A model generated the notes under the pieces. It was given only the letters and a program-made list of their open reading frames with translations, searched no databases and was not told the origin of the DNA. DNA of 64,000 nucleotides, from contig DAIDDL010000002.1 in assembly GCA_027309085.1 (NCBI GenBank), positions 47,063-111,062 on the forward strand, given 5' to 3'. Positions 36,437 through 46,959 of this stretch are shown here, one piece after another (the stretch's first letter is position 1; every line of letters begins with the position of its first letter). The translations under genes and the position numbers were made by a program. The DNA is from Sulfobacillus sp. (lineage in GTDB: Bacteria; Bacillota; Sulfobacillia; Sulfobacillales; Sulfobacillaceae).

Positions 36437-37563
36437 GGCCGCTCACCTCCTCTCCTGTCCTGCCCCCGGGCGGCTGCGATTACCGTGGCCGCGATTTTCT
36501 CGCCCGCCGTCTGGTCGCGGATGGACACCAGAGCCGACGCCATTTGCTCCCGCAGTTCCGGACTGCCGAGAATGTTCTCGAGGATTGCCCGCCCCTTGGC
36601 GGCCAGGTCCTTTTCGGGAATTACGGTCCCCGCCTGCCTTTTCGCTAACACCGCCGCATTTTTGGTCTGGTGGTCTTCCGCCACATGGGGCGAGGGCACC
36701 AGCACCGGAGGCAGCCCGAAAGCAATGCAGTCGGCTATGGTCATAGCCCCGGCGCGCCCGAAAAACACGTCTGCTACCCGGTAGGCTTTTTGTATCTCAT
36801 AAAAATATTCGACAATCCTCACCTGTTTAGGGTCAAGACCTCCGGCTTTTTCGCCCGTTTGCGACATCACCTGTGAATAGTAACGCTTGCCTGTAGCCCA
36901 CAGCAGGACCCACTTTGGGTGTTCGGCAAGCACGGGCAGAAACTTCCATAAAAAATTGTTCAGAGCCTGGGCCCCCTGGCTGCCGCCTGTGGCCATCAGC
37001 ACCACCTGCTCTGGACCTATCCCCATCTGCCGGCGCAGCTCCTCCCGGCTCTCCCTGACCGTGATGGCAACGGGGTTGCTGGCCACAACAAACGATGTGC
37101 CATGGCGGAAGTACTGCTCCGCTTCCAAGAAGGGCACAATCACCTGGGTAGCCCTGGGGCCCAGCAGGCGGTTGGTGAGGCCCGGCCAGGCATTTTGCTC
37201 CTGCAGCACCAAAGGCACGCGCATCAGCACTGCAGCCAGCCCCACAGGGCCAGACACGTAACCGCCCGTGCCCACCACCACATCGGGCCGGAAGCGGCGG
37301 ATGTAGCCCACAGACTCCCCGAGTCCCCGGACCGCTGAGAGAGCGCCCTGCGCTTTTCCGGCCATTCCCCGGACCAGGAGCCCCTTGGCGTGGATGGTGG
37401 CGAAATTGAGGCCGCTGGCGGGGACCAGCTCCTTTTCGAGGCCGTGGTCCGTGCCGATATAGAGCACATCCAAGGAATCCACCCGGCTGGCCACGGCCTG
37501 GACGATAGCCAGAGCGGGATAGATATGGCCGCCACTGCCGCCTCCAGCGATTAGCATCCGCAT
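36433..37563 (-). CDS. murG: Undecaprenyl-PP-MurNAc-pentapeptide GlcNAc transferase
   Basis: GGGSGGHIYPA, GTGGYVS, EQNAWPG, GGSQGA, RAGA. Confidence 0.97.
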   Translation of the reverse strand: MRMLIAGGGSGGHIYPALAIVQAVASRVDSLDVLYIGTDHGLEKELVPASGLNFATIHAKGLLVRGMAGKAQGALSAVRGLGESVGYIRRFRPDVVVGTGGYVSGPVGLAAVLMRVPLVLQEQNAWPGLTNRLLGPRATQVIVPFLEAEQYFRHGTSFVVASNPVAITVRESREELRRQMGIGPEQVVLMATGGSQGAQALNNFLWKFLPVLAEHPKWVLLWATGKRYYSQVMSQTGEKAGGLDPKQVRIVEYFYEIQKAYRVADVFFGRAGAMTIADCIAFGLPPVLVPSPHVAEDHQTKNAAVLAKRQAGTVIPEKDLAAKGRAILENILGSPELREQMASALVSIRDQTAGEKIAATVIAAARGQDRRGGERP

Positions 37564-37635
37564 TTTGCGGGATCACCCCTTCACAAGCCGATGCCGGCCT
37601 AAAAATCAAGTCCGCTCTTCAGCGTATGTTTCCCT

Positions 37636-38733
37636 TTATAGAGCGTGCTTACTAATATTTAACAAAACGCCCACCCCCGCCATGCTCAGCACCAGAGACG
37701 ACCCGCCGTAGCTGATGAACGGCAGGGTGATTCCCGTGACCGGCAATGTCGCCGTGACCACGCCCATGTTGATGGCCGCCTGGATGGCAATCATGGTGGT
37801 GAGTCCCGTCGCCAGCAGGCTGGAAAACATGTCCGGAGCCCGCATGGCAATGCGGTATCCCCGCCAGGCCACAATCAGAAACAGGAGCACCACGGTCAGC
37901 GTGCCCAACAGCCCCAGCTCTTCCCCTAAAATAGCAAAGATAAAGTCTGTGAACGATTCGGGCAAGTAGCCCAGAGCCTGCCGGGAGTATCCCAGCCCCA
38001 CCCCCAGCACACCGCCCGAGCCCAGCGCCAGCAACGCCTGGATCGTGTGGAATCCCTCACCCAGAGGGTGCTTCCAGGGGTCCATGAACGCCAGGAGCCG
38101 CTGCCGGCGGTAGGGCTCGGCAATCATCGCCCAGGCCAAAATGGGCACCGCCGCTCCTGTCAGCTCCGCCAGGTGCCTCTTTTTGACTCCGGACACAAAC
38201 AGCATCACAAAGAACGTGCCGGCTGTGGCAATGGTCGTGCCCAAGTCCGGCTCCGCCAAAATCAGCACAAACACAATAGCCGCTAAAAGAATGTGGGGCA
38301 CTATCCCCCGCCAGAAATCTTCCAGGTCCTGGCGGTGCAGGCTGAACAGCCGCGCAAACAGAAAGATCATCGCCAGCTTCGCCAGCTCTGACGGCTGGAT
38401 TTGCAACGACCCGACCCCCAGCCAGCGCCTGGCTCCATTGATATCGATTCCCACGTGGGGAATCAGCACGGCGACCAGCAAGAGCACTGACAGCACATAT
38501 CCGGGGAAGATCAGCTTGTTGTACTTCCAGTAATCAATGCGGGTGGCCGCAATCATGGCGATGACCCCGATGACCGCCCACACCAGCTGGTGCTCGACGT
38601 AATAGTAGGGATTGCCAAACTGCTTGAACGAGACGGACGCGCTGGCAGAAAAGACGACGACCGTGCCGATTGCAAGCAGCGCTATGACAGAGGCCAGTAA
38701 GAGATAGTCGATACGGCGTCTTTCGTCATTCAT
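37636..38733 (-). CDS. ftsW: SEDS protein FtsW/SpoVE
   Basis: GARRWL, QPSELAK, EPDLGT, LPESFTDFIFAILGEELG, LPFISYGGSS. Confidence 0.95.
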   Translation of the reverse strand: MNDERRRIDYLLLASVIALLAIGTVVVFSASASVSFKQFGNPYYYVEHQLVWAVIGVIAMIAATRIDYWKYNKLIFPGYVLSVLLLVAVLIPHVGIDINGARRWLGVGSLQIQPSELAKLAMIFLFARLFSLHRQDLEDFWRGIVPHILLAAIVFVLILAEPDLGTTIATAGTFFVMLFVSGVKKRHLAELTGAAVPILAWAMIAEPYRRQRLLAFMDPWKHPLGEGFHTIQALLALGSGGVLGVGLGYSRQALGYLPESFTDFIFAILGEELGLLGTLTVVLLFLIVAWRGYRIAMRAPDMFSSLLATGLTTMIAIQAAINMGVVTATLPVTGITLPFISYGGSSLVLSMAGVGVLLNISKHAL

Positions 38734-38764
38734 CAAGTGTCCTCCTCGTTGCCCGTGCTCCTCG

Positions 38765-39721
38765 TTACCACCACGCCAGCAGCGCCCCGACGGCGGCCAG
38801 CACCCAGAAGACCGCCATGACCCGCTCTTCCGGCCATCCGCCCAGCTCAAAGTGGTGGTGCAGAGGGCTCATGCGGAAGACCCGCTTGCCCGTCAGCCGG
38901 AAGCTCAACACCTGGATAATGACCGACAAAGTCTCCACCACAAACAGCAGCCCGATCAGGGGCAGCAAGAGAGTGGTGCGGGACACAATCGCCGCGCCCG
39001 CGAGAGCCGCCCCCAAAGCCAGGGAGCCCGTGTCTCCCATAAACACCCGGGCCGGGTGCATATTATAGCGCAAGAATCCCACCAGAGACCCAATCAGCGC
39101 CAAGGAGAGAAGAGACAGCACCGACTCATGGTGGACAATTCCCCAAAACGCAAAAAATGCCATCGTGATAGCCACAGACCCCGCGGCCAGCCCGTCCAGA
39201 CCGTCAGTCAGGTTCACGGCATTGCCGCTGCCCATAATCGCCAGGACGGAGATCGGCCCGAAGAACAGTCCCGACGGCACCACCCCCCAGTGAAATGGCA
39301 GGACATACAGCCCAGCGGCGTGGAATTTCTCCCCGGCCAGCCAGGTGAAAGCCACGGCGAAAATGACCTGAAACAGCAGTTTCTCCCGCGCCTTCAGTCC
39401 CAGCGGCCGTTTGAACACCACTTTCAGCATGTCGTCCGCGAGCCCTATCAGCCCATACGACCAGATAAGGCCGACCAAGGCCCAGGCCTCAAGGCTGCGG
39501 GGAGCAAAGATGAGGACGACGATGGGCAGTGGCAAGAGGAACAGCAGGCCCCCCATCGTCGGCGTGCCCTGCTTTTTCATGTGGCTCTGAGGCCCGCCGT
39601 CTCTGACCACCTGCCCAAATTTGAGGCGGTGCAGCGCTGGGATGAACACGGGCCCCAGGCCGAATGCGATCGCGAATGCCACCAGTCCTGCGTACGCCTG
39701 GTTCAATGCGGTCCCCCCCAT
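38765..39721 (-). CDS. mraY: Phospho-N-acetylmuramoyl-pentapeptide transferase
   Basis: KQGTPTMGG, NAVNLTDGLDGL, FMGDTGS, SPLHHHFEL. Confidence 0.98.
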   Translation of the reverse strand: MGGTALNQAYAGLVAFAIAFGLGPVFIPALHRLKFGQVVRDGGPQSHMKKQGTPTMGGLLFLLPLPIVVLIFAPRSLEAWALVGLIWSYGLIGLADDMLKVVFKRPLGLKAREKLLFQVIFAVAFTWLAGEKFHAAGLYVLPFHWGVVPSGLFFGPISVLAIMGSGNAVNLTDGLDGLAAGSVAITMAFFAFWGIVHHESVLSLLSLALIGSLVGFLRYNMHPARVFMGDTGSLALGAALAGAAIVSRTTLLLPLIGLLFVVETLSVIIQVLSFRLTGKRVFRMSPLHHHFELGGWPEERVMAVFWVLAAVGALLAWW

Positions 39722-41070
39722 TTTCCCAGCCGTTCGTGCAGCGCCTCGAACATCATGCCGTGAGAGGCCTTGAGCAGCACCGCGTCCCCCGCCCGGAGAT
39801 TTTGGGAGAGCCAGCCGTAGGCCTCATCCAGATCCGGAGCCCACACGGCGCCTGCCCCCAAATCCCTCGCCCCTGACTGAATAGCCCGGGCGCGGGGGCC
39901 GACGGCCAGCACCACATCGGCGCGCCGCGCCGCCTCTTCCCCCGTTTCCCGGTGCGCGGCCTCCTCCATCCCCCCCAATTCCAGCATGTCGCCCAGCACG
40001 GCCACCTTGCGGCCGCCGGCGGGGTACGCCTGGAGAACATCGAGGGCCATGGAGACAGAGCGCGGGCTGGCATTATAGTAATCGGCCAGCAGCACGCACC
40101 CGCCCAGAGTGTGAACCTGCAGGCGGCCGGCCCCCGGGTCCACTTGCCCGAGTCCCTGCACAGCCGTTTCGGGAGCCATCCCCGCTGCGATTCCAGCCAG
40201 AAAAGCGGCAGCCACATTCAGCCCGTGGTGGCTGCCCACCCAGGGTATGGCCACGGTGTAGGTCTTGGAGCCGTACTCCCATGTGATCTCCGTTCGCGGG
40301 GGCTTCACCACCGCCTGTTTGACGACCGCGTCCCCCTCATGGGAGCCGTACCATAAAATTTGATTATTGGGAATAGTCGTGGCCAATTCCCGCACCAGCT
40401 CATCATCACGGTTGAGCACAGCCGTGCCGCGGGGGCCCAGCCCCTGCAATATCTCGCCCTTAGCCCGCTGAATGTTTTTCATGGTGCCCAAAGTTTCCAA
40501 GTGGTTGGGCCCGATATTGGTGATGACCGCGACGTCGGGAGGGATAATCTCGGTCAGGGCGGCAATCTCTCCGAGCGCGCGCATGCCCATTTCCGCCACA
40601 AAGTGGGTCATGTCGGGCCGGCTGCGGAAATATGACAGCGGGATCCCGATGGCGGTATTGTAGTTGCCCTGGGACTTTCCGATCGGGTACAGGGCGCTGA
40701 GCACGGCCGCGGTCAGTTCCTTGACGCTGGTTTTGCCCACGCTGCCTGTAATCGCGACCACGAATGTCTGGCGCTCTTGCACCAAGCCCCGGGTCAGGCG
40801 CCCCATCGCCTCAAGGGGGGAGGGGGCAAAGAGGGTCGGCCCCGACACCGTGCCGAACCCGTCCTCCACCAGAGCGACTCCGCCCTGCTGCCACACCTGC
40901 GGCACAAACTGATGCCCGTGGGTGTTGGATCCGGGCAGGGCCACAAACAGCGCGCCGGGCTTCACCTCCCGGCTGTCGATGGTCAGGTTCGCCACCCCGG
41001 CCTCCAGATCCACCCCCTGGCTCCTGGCCCCGCTGTGCCGCACAATATCCCGGTATTTCACTGCGATCAT
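39703..41070 (-). CDS. murF: UDP-MurNAc-tripeptide--D-Ala-D-Ala ligase
   Basis: DSREV, ITGSVGKT, EMGM, DYYNASP, LGDMLELG, KASHG. Confidence 0.95.
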   Translation of the reverse strand: MIAVKYRDIVRHSGARSQGVDLEAGVANLTIDSREVKPGALFVALPGSNTHGHQFVPQVWQQGGVALVEDGFGTVSGPTLFAPSPLEAMGRLTRGLVQERQTFVVAITGSVGKTSVKELTAAVLSALYPIGKSQGNYNTAIGIPLSYFRSRPDMTHFVAEMGMRALGEIAALTEIIPPDVAVITNIGPNHLETLGTMKNIQRAKGEILQGLGPRGTAVLNRDDELVRELATTIPNNQILWYGSHEGDAVVKQAVVKPPRTEITWEYGSKTYTVAIPWVGSHHGLNVAAAFLAGIAAGMAPETAVQGLGQVDPGAGRLQVHTLGGCVLLADYYNASPRSVSMALDVLQAYPAGGRKVAVLGDMLELGGMEEAAHRETGEEAARRADVVLAVGPRARAIQSGARDLGAGAVWAPDLDEAYGWLSQNLRAGDAVLLKASHGMMFEALHERLGKWGGPH

Positions 41071-42548
41071 GGTTTTCTTGGCTCCCGCAGGGCTTGGCGT
41101 GCGATCTCCCGGTCATCGAAGTGGATGGTGCCGTCACGGTAGATCTGATAAGTTTCGTGGCCCTTGCCGAGAATGAAAATCACGTCCCCCGGCTGCGCCT
41201 TCTGCAAGGCCAGGCGGATGGCGCGCTCGCGGTCCAGCTCCACGTCATAGGGAGTGCCGGTCGGTTCGAGTCCTTCGGCGATCTGGCGGATGATATCCAT
41301 CGGATCTTCGGAGCGGGGGTTGTCGGCGGTCAGCATCACCCAGTTGGCGAACCGGCCAGCTGCCTCCCCCATCAGCGCCCTCTTGCCGCGGTCGCGGTCC
41401 CCGCCCGCCCCAAACAGCACCCCTATGGACCCGACCGTAAATTCCTTGGCGGTTTTGAGGACATTCTCCATGCCGTCGGGAGTGTGCGCATAGTCCACAA
41501 TGACGGTGAAGGGCTGGCCTTCGTCGATGCGCTCGAAGCGTCCGGGCACTCCCGGGTAGCGGGCCAGCGCCTCTGCCATCTGCCGCGGCGAGAGTCCGTA
41601 GACGTAGCCGACACCCATGGCTGCGAGAGCGTTCAACACATTGAAGCGGCCGGTCATGTTAAACTCCACCGCCTGTCTTTCCCCGCCCGGAAAAGACACC
41701 AGGAACTGCACTCCGCGGCTGCCGACGGTGACCATGCTGCCCCAGATATCAGCGCCTTCTTTCAGCCCGTAAGTGACCACCGGCACCGGGGACATCTCCA
41801 CCAGTCTCTTCCCGTAGTCGTCATCGATATTGATAATGGCCGCTTTGGGCCCGCTCTTCGCTGATGCCCCCAAATGGCGGAACAGCAGGGATTTGGCCTG
41901 AAAGTAGGACTCAAAGTCTTTGTGGAAATCCAGGTGGTCCTGCGTCAGATTCGTGAACACGCCGACGTCGTACTGCACCTGGTCAACCCGGGACAGCACC
42001 AGGGCATGGGAGGATACCTCCATCACCGCCGCCCGCATGCCGCGGTCGACCATGTGCCGCAAAATGCTCTGCAGGTCCGGGGACTCCGGAGTCGTTCGGC
42101 TGACCTTGTAGGTATCCTGGCCCATCAGGGTATACAGCGTGCCGGTCAGTCCCGTCGGGATGTCATTGGCTTCCAGCAGCGCCCTGACGATGTGCGTGGT
42201 CGTGGTCTTGCCATTGGTGCCGGTCACCCCGATCATCGCCAGCCTCGCCGAAGGGCTGCCGTAAAACTTGTCGGCAATCAGGGCCATCGCCTGCCGGGCA
42301 TTGGGGACGACAACCCCCGTCTTTCCCTCCGGAATCGCCTCCGCCCGCTCGACCAGAAAAGCTCCAGCCCCCCGGCTGGCCGCTTCCTGACAGTAGAGAT
42401 GGCCATCGGTCCGGAATCCGGGGATGGCGCAGAACAGGTTGCCGGCTTCCACATGCCGCGAGTCATATGCGATGCCCGTGACGTCCACAGCTGTGTCGCC
42501 GGTGGCCGTCCCCTGCGGGATCACTGTCATCAGTTCACTTAGAATCAT
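41067..42548 (-). CDS. murE: UDP-MurNAc-dipeptide--diaminopimelate ligase
   Basis: GVTGTNGKTT, TTPES, MEVSSH, DYAHTPDG, DNPR (DAP-type specificity motif), GKGHE. Confidence 0.96.
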   Translation of the reverse strand: MILSELMTVIPQGTATGDTAVDVTGIAYDSRHVEAGNLFCAIPGFRTDGHLYCQEAASRGAGAFLVERAEAIPEGKTGVVVPNARQAMALIADKFYGSPSARLAMIGVTGTNGKTTTTHIVRALLEANDIPTGLTGTLYTLMGQDTYKVSRTTPESPDLQSILRHMVDRGMRAAVMEVSSHALVLSRVDQVQYDVGVFTNLTQDHLDFHKDFESYFQAKSLLFRHLGASAKSGPKAAIINIDDDYGKRLVEMSPVPVVTYGLKEGADIWGSMVTVGSRGVQFLVSFPGGERQAVEFNMTGRFNVLNALAAMGVGYVYGLSPRQMAEALARYPGVPGRFERIDEGQPFTVIVDYAHTPDGMENVLKTAKEFTVGSIGVLFGAGGDRDRGKRALMGEAAGRFANWVMLTADNPRSEDPMDIIRQIAEGLEPTGTPYDVELDRERAIRLALQKAQPGDVIFILGKGHETYQIYRDGTIHFDDREIARQALREPRKP

Positions 42549-42595
42549 GCCGAATCCTCCTACTTGTTTCCCACCAGGCGTGAGCCATTTCTCTC

Positions 42596-44692
42596 TCACC
42601 CCACCCAGATGTCCACCGCCGTGCCGGCGCGAACCTCTGTCCCGCTGCTTGGCTCCTGCCGGCTGACGGTGCCGGCTCCGCTATTTCTTGGCCGCACATT
42701 TATCCCCAGTTCCCAGGCTAAATGCGCGGCCTCTTCGGCTGTCAGTCCCCTAAACTGGGGAACTGCCACCCACTCCAGGTAAATACGGGTATTCTGCCCT
42801 AATTTGAGATGCAGCACCGTTCCTGCCGGTCTGTAGCCGCCATATTCAATCGACTGATCCACCACAACTTTTCCTCGCCCTACAAATTGTACCGGAAAAC
42901 CAAAGGCTGCGGCATCTTGTTCCGCCGTTTCCGGGTCCAAATTTACCAAACTCGGCACCATTGCCGGCTCTCCCTTGGGAGGCGGTTTGACCGGCTCTGT
43001 GGGAGGAAGCTTCAGGTAGCGGAAGATGTTGCGGACCAGATGTCCAAAGATTGGCGCCGCCACCTGCCCGCCGTAAAAGGCCCCGACGGGTTCGTCCACG
43101 TTCACAATCACTGCCACTTCCGGGTGGGGAACAGGACCGAATCCAATAAACGACGAGATATAGGTCCCTTTCTCCGTCCGGCCGTTGATTACTTTCTGGG
43201 CCGTGCCTGTCTTGCCGGCGATGTGGTACCCCGGCACCTGCGCCAGTTTCCCGGTTCCCTCGCCAACCACTCCCACCAGCATCCTCTGCACGATTCTGGC
43301 CACTTCCGGGGAAATAGGGCGGCCGGCCACGGCACCATCCATTTCCTGAATCACTTTGCCCTGGGGACCGAGAATGCGCCGGGCCACATGCGGTGTCAAC
43401 AATACCCCATCATTGGCAATGGCGGCAATAGCCGTTAAGAGCGCAATGGGCGTCACCGTCAGGGTCTGCCCGAATGCCATAATGGCCAGGTCGAGCGCGG
43501 TTACCCGCTTCATGGCTGGAAACAGGCCCAGGGCTTCCCCCGGCAGGTCAATGCGGGTGCGGTTCCTCAGTCCGAACTTCTCCAGATACCGGTAAAAATT
43601 GTCAACACCCAGTCCCAGTCCCAGGTCCATAAACCCGACGTTGCAGGAGTTTTTGACCACCATGGCCAGATTCTCCGCGCCGTGGCCCTGCGGCCGCCAG
43701 CAGTTCACCCGGCGTCCCAGAACATTCTTGAAACCCGAACAGAAGAACTGGGAGTTCACGGTAGCGGTGCCTTCTTCTAAAGAGGCCGCCAGGGTCACGG
43801 GCTTGAATATGGATCCCGGGGGAATCGCATCCGACACCGAGAGCACCCGGTAATTCTTGGGACTGTAGTCCCGGAAGTGGTTGGGGTTGACCGATGGCCT
43901 TTGGGCCATCGCCAGAATCCCCCCGGTCTTGGGATGCATCACCACGATGCTGACCGACTTCCCCTGCGTCTGGATCATGGCCTGCTCGCAGGCCCTCTCC
44001 GCCATCCACTGAATGTGGTCATCCAGGGTGAGTTCCACGGTGTCACCCTGGACTGAGGAGATTACCCGGGTCTGGGCAAAGGCGACAGACTGTCCCGTCA
44101 CATCGTATTCTTCCTGAATGCTCCCGGGCTTGCCTGTCAGGTACTTGTCGTAGGTGAGCTCAATCCCCGAAAGCCCCTGGTTGTCTATTCCGGTGAATCC
44201 CACCACGGGGCCGGCCAGCTCGCCCTGAGGATAGGACCGGGCTGTCTCGGTAATCAGGTACACCCCGGGCAGAGCCGCCAACTGGGAGCGCACGGACTCC
44301 AGCTCCGTCGCCGAAATCCGGCGCTTGACCCACACAAATCCCTGGCGGCGGGAGAGGCGCTTTTGCACTTTGGCCTGGGACAGCTGCAGCATTGTCGAGA
44401 GCAAAACCGCCTCCATGTCCCGGTGCTTGCGGGTTTGCACCGGAATGGCATAGACAGAGTAGGCATGGTGGCTGCCTGCCAGGATTCTGCCATTGCGGTC
44501 GACAATCTTCCCCCGGAACGGAGCCAGAGGCACCCCCCGGAAATGAATCTGGTCCGCGCGTTTTTTCAGATACGCGGACTGCAGCCCCTGAATATCCGCC
44601 AGGCGGCCCAGCAGCAGGACATCATACAGGCCGACCAGCAACATGACCACAAATGTCCGCCGCTTGATTGTCAAAGTAGGCTTATTGGTCAT
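42596..44692 (-). CDS. spoVD: Class B penicillin-binding protein with two PASTA domains (SpoVD-like)
   Basis: PGSIFKP (SxxK), SCN, KTGTAQ and C-terminal PASTA repeats; second PBP directly upstream of murE. Confidence 0.8.
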   Translation of the reverse strand: MTNKPTLTIKRRTFVVMLLVGLYDVLLLGRLADIQGLQSAYLKKRADQIHFRGVPLAPFRGKIVDRNGRILAGSHHAYSVYAIPVQTRKHRDMEAVLLSTMLQLSQAKVQKRLSRRQGFVWVKRRISATELESVRSQLAALPGVYLITETARSYPQGELAGPVVGFTGIDNQGLSGIELTYDKYLTGKPGSIQEEYDVTGQSVAFAQTRVISSVQGDTVELTLDDHIQWMAERACEQAMIQTQGKSVSIVVMHPKTGGILAMAQRPSVNPNHFRDYSPKNYRVLSVSDAIPPGSIFKPVTLAASLEEGTATVNSQFFCSGFKNVLGRRVNCWRPQGHGAENLAMVVKNSCNVGFMDLGLGLGVDNFYRYLEKFGLRNRTRIDLPGEALGLFPAMKRVTALDLAIMAFGQTLTVTPIALLTAIAAIANDGVLLTPHVARRILGPQGKVIQEMDGAVAGRPISPEVARIVQRMLVGVVGEGTGKLAQVPGYHIAGKTGTAQKVINGRTEKGTYISSFIGFGPVPHPEVAVIVNVDEPVGAFYGGQVAAPIFGHLVRNIFRYLKLPPTEPVKPPPKGEPAMVPSLVNLDPETAEQDAAAFGFPVQFVGRGKVVVDQSIEYGGYRPAGTVLHLKLGQNTRIYLEWVAVPQFRGLTAEEAAHLAWELGINVRPRNSGAGTVSRQEPSSGTEVRAGTAVDIWVG

Positions 44693-44739
44693 AGTGTTGT
44701 GAGTCCCCCGCCCCTTTCCGCAGGCTTGGCTACTCACAA

Positions 44740-44768
44740 TATCTATGTCCCAGGGCGCTTAAGCAGAA
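44740..44768 (-). promoter_or_regulatory. Possible sigma-E promoter of spoVD
   Basis: TTCTGCT-N14-CATAGATA in the short gap between the two PBP genes; weak -35. Confidence 0.3.
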
Positions 44769-44773
44769 CTTGA

Positions 44774-46507
44774 CTACTTCGCCGGAGTCTTGACAAATGG
44801 CTGGGAGCCGTTGACCGGTCCCGCATACGGCTTGATCTTCCAGTAGTGGAACATGTACGTCGCAATCTGCTTCCACACCGGCGCCGAGACCTGGTCGCCA
44901 TAATAGAGCGCGCCAATCGGGCGGTTGATCATGACCAGCATGATGAATTTCGGATGGGGCACCGGGCCAAATCCCATATAGGAGGAGACAAACAGGGAGT
45001 TGGACGTGCGCCCGTTGATGATCTTCTGCGCCGTTCCCGTCTTCCCCCCAATCACGTATCCGGGGACTTGAGCCGGCACTCCAGTTCCCTGCGTCGCCTC
45101 GAGCACCATCATGTGCTCAATCTCCTTGGCAATGTTGACGGCGTCGGGCTTGGATTCCACTTTCGGCTTAAAGCTCTTCAGCACTTTGCCGGAGGGGGAC
45201 AGGATGGCCTTGACAATGTGCGGCTGCATCATGGTGCCGTGATTGGGAATGGTCGAGTCGGCGGTAATCATCTGCATCGGGGTGACGGCCATGCCTTGCC
45301 CAAAGCCAATCGTCGCCAAGTCGACGGCGTTGACTTTGTTCGGGGGGATCCACACTCCTGTGGAATCTCCCGGCAGCCCCACGTTGCTGGCGTGGTCCAG
45401 CCCGAACATTTTGATATACCGGTACATCTCGGTCGCCCCGACTTTGAGCGCCACATCCATGAACACCTGGTCCGATGAGACTTCCAGCCCCCGGGTGAGG
45501 GTAATCCAGCCCCAGCCTACGGGATTCCAGTCGTCAATGCGCACTCCATCCACAATTTTGTACCCCACTGTGTCGAACATGCTGTTGGGGGTGAACAGGC
45601 CGAGTCCCAGGCCGGCTGACGCGGTGACGGGCTTGAAAATGGACCCGGGCGGCACGGGGTCCTGAACGGCATAGTCCGTCATCTGCAGGGACGAGGCCGA
45701 GTAATAGTTGTTGGGATTGAAATTAGGCCAGTTCGCCAGCGCAATGACTGAACCGGTCTGCGGGTTGAGGACAATGACGGTGCCGTTCAGCGCATGCGCC
45801 CGCTTGACTCCCCACTTCAGCCACTTCTGGGCATCGGCTTCAATATTGGCGTCAATGGTCAGCTGCACCGTGTCTCCGGGCTGGGGCGCCTTGTACGCCT
45901 CCTGCCACTGCGGCAGCGCATTGCCTGCGGCATCCGTCTGCACCACCCAGTAGCCGGGGTGTCCGGAGAGAATGCTGTTGTCCTCGTATTCTATGCCCGC
46001 GAGACCTTTGCCGTTGGCACCGACCATGCCGATCACCTGGGAGGCCAGAGTGCCGTTGGGGTATTCCTGGCCGGTGCTGGGGACGACGCTGACCCCGGTG
46101 AGGTTCAGAGCCTGAATCTTGTGGGCCACGGACGCCGAGACGGAACGGTCTAAGAGCGCGTACCAGGAGTTGTCGCTCAGCACCTTGCGCAAGAGAGACG
46201 ACGAAAACGGCAGGTAGTGAGACAGCACCTTCGCGGCATTCGCCGGCTGTGTCACATATTTGGGCGCCGCCACAATCTGGTACGTCGGCACATCCATCGC
46301 CAGCACAGTGCCGTTGCGGTCAACAATTTTCCCCCGGGCGGCTGGGAGGACTATCCGGTGCACGTGGATATTGCGCGCATACGCCTGCAGGGTGCTGGCG
46401 TCGGCGATCTGGATGATGATCAGGCGCACTGCCAGCACCACCATGAACAGCCCGGTGAAAATCAAGGTCCATAACGCACGCCGCTGAAGGGATCGCCGTG
46501 TGTTCAT
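44774..46507 (-). CDS. Class B penicillin-binding protein (FtsI/PbpB position; no PASTA domain)
   Basis: N-terminal TM, RGKIVDRNG, PGSIFKP, SSD (SxD variant), KTGTAQ; ATGA overlap with ftsL. Confidence 0.9.
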   Translation of the reverse strand: MNTRRSLQRRALWTLIFTGLFMVVLAVRLIIIQIADASTLQAYARNIHVHRIVLPAARGKIVDRNGTVLAMDVPTYQIVAAPKYVTQPANAAKVLSHYLPFSSSLLRKVLSDNSWYALLDRSVSASVAHKIQALNLTGVSVVPSTGQEYPNGTLASQVIGMVGANGKGLAGIEYEDNSILSGHPGYWVVQTDAAGNALPQWQEAYKAPQPGDTVQLTIDANIEADAQKWLKWGVKRAHALNGTVIVLNPQTGSVIALANWPNFNPNNYYSASSLQMTDYAVQDPVPPGSIFKPVTASAGLGLGLFTPNSMFDTVGYKIVDGVRIDDWNPVGWGWITLTRGLEVSSDQVFMDVALKVGATEMYRYIKMFGLDHASNVGLPGDSTGVWIPPNKVNAVDLATIGFGQGMAVTPMQMITADSTIPNHGTMMQPHIVKAILSPSGKVLKSFKPKVESKPDAVNIAKEIEHMMVLEATQGTGVPAQVPGYVIGGKTGTAQKIINGRTSNSLFVSSYMGFGPVPHPKFIMLVMINRPIGALYYGDQVSAPVWKQIATYMFHYWKIKPYAGPVNGSQPFVKTPAK

Positions 46508-46959
46508 GCCTGGGTGACTGCCTCCCGCAAGCGGCCTATCCACTGGCTGACCAATTGCGGCCAGGTGGAGAAGTGAGCTGGGGCGCTCACTTTTGACCGG
46601 ACCGCAGGCCCCCCAGTTTCCGGCGTAACCATGGTCAGGTGCATGCGCGACGCGTCCGCGGCCAGTGCCCGGGGAGAGCTTAGTGTGGTCACCGTCAAAC
46701 TGAGCACCTGCTGCTGGCGGTGCAGCTGGGTGTACTGTGTCTGCAGCTGATCGACCTGATAGCCCATCACCATAACGTGAATAGCCAAAATCGAGGCAAT
46801 CATGCCGGCACCCCACAGCGCGCTTATCCACAGCACCGTTTTCGTCCAGAGCTTGGGCCGCCGTTTCGGGCTCGGTTGGGTTTTCGGGCGCAGTTTCTTT
46901 TCCCAGGTGCGGGCAAGATTTCCTTCGTTGTACTGATTCCGTGGGTCACGGTCAATCAT
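46504..46959 (-). CDS. ftsL: Cell division protein FtsL-like
   Basis: Basic N-terminus, single TM, coiled coil (QVDQLQTQYTQLHRQQQVLSL..LSSP); position between rsmH and PBP. Confidence 0.7.
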   Translation of the reverse strand: MIDRDPRNQYNEGNLARTWEKKLRPKTQPSPKRRPKLWTKTVLWISALWGAGMIASILAIHVMVMGYQVDQLQTQYTQLHRQQQVLSLTVTTLSSPRALAADASRMHLTMVTPETGGPAVRSKVSAPAHFSTWPQLVSQWIGRLREAVTQA

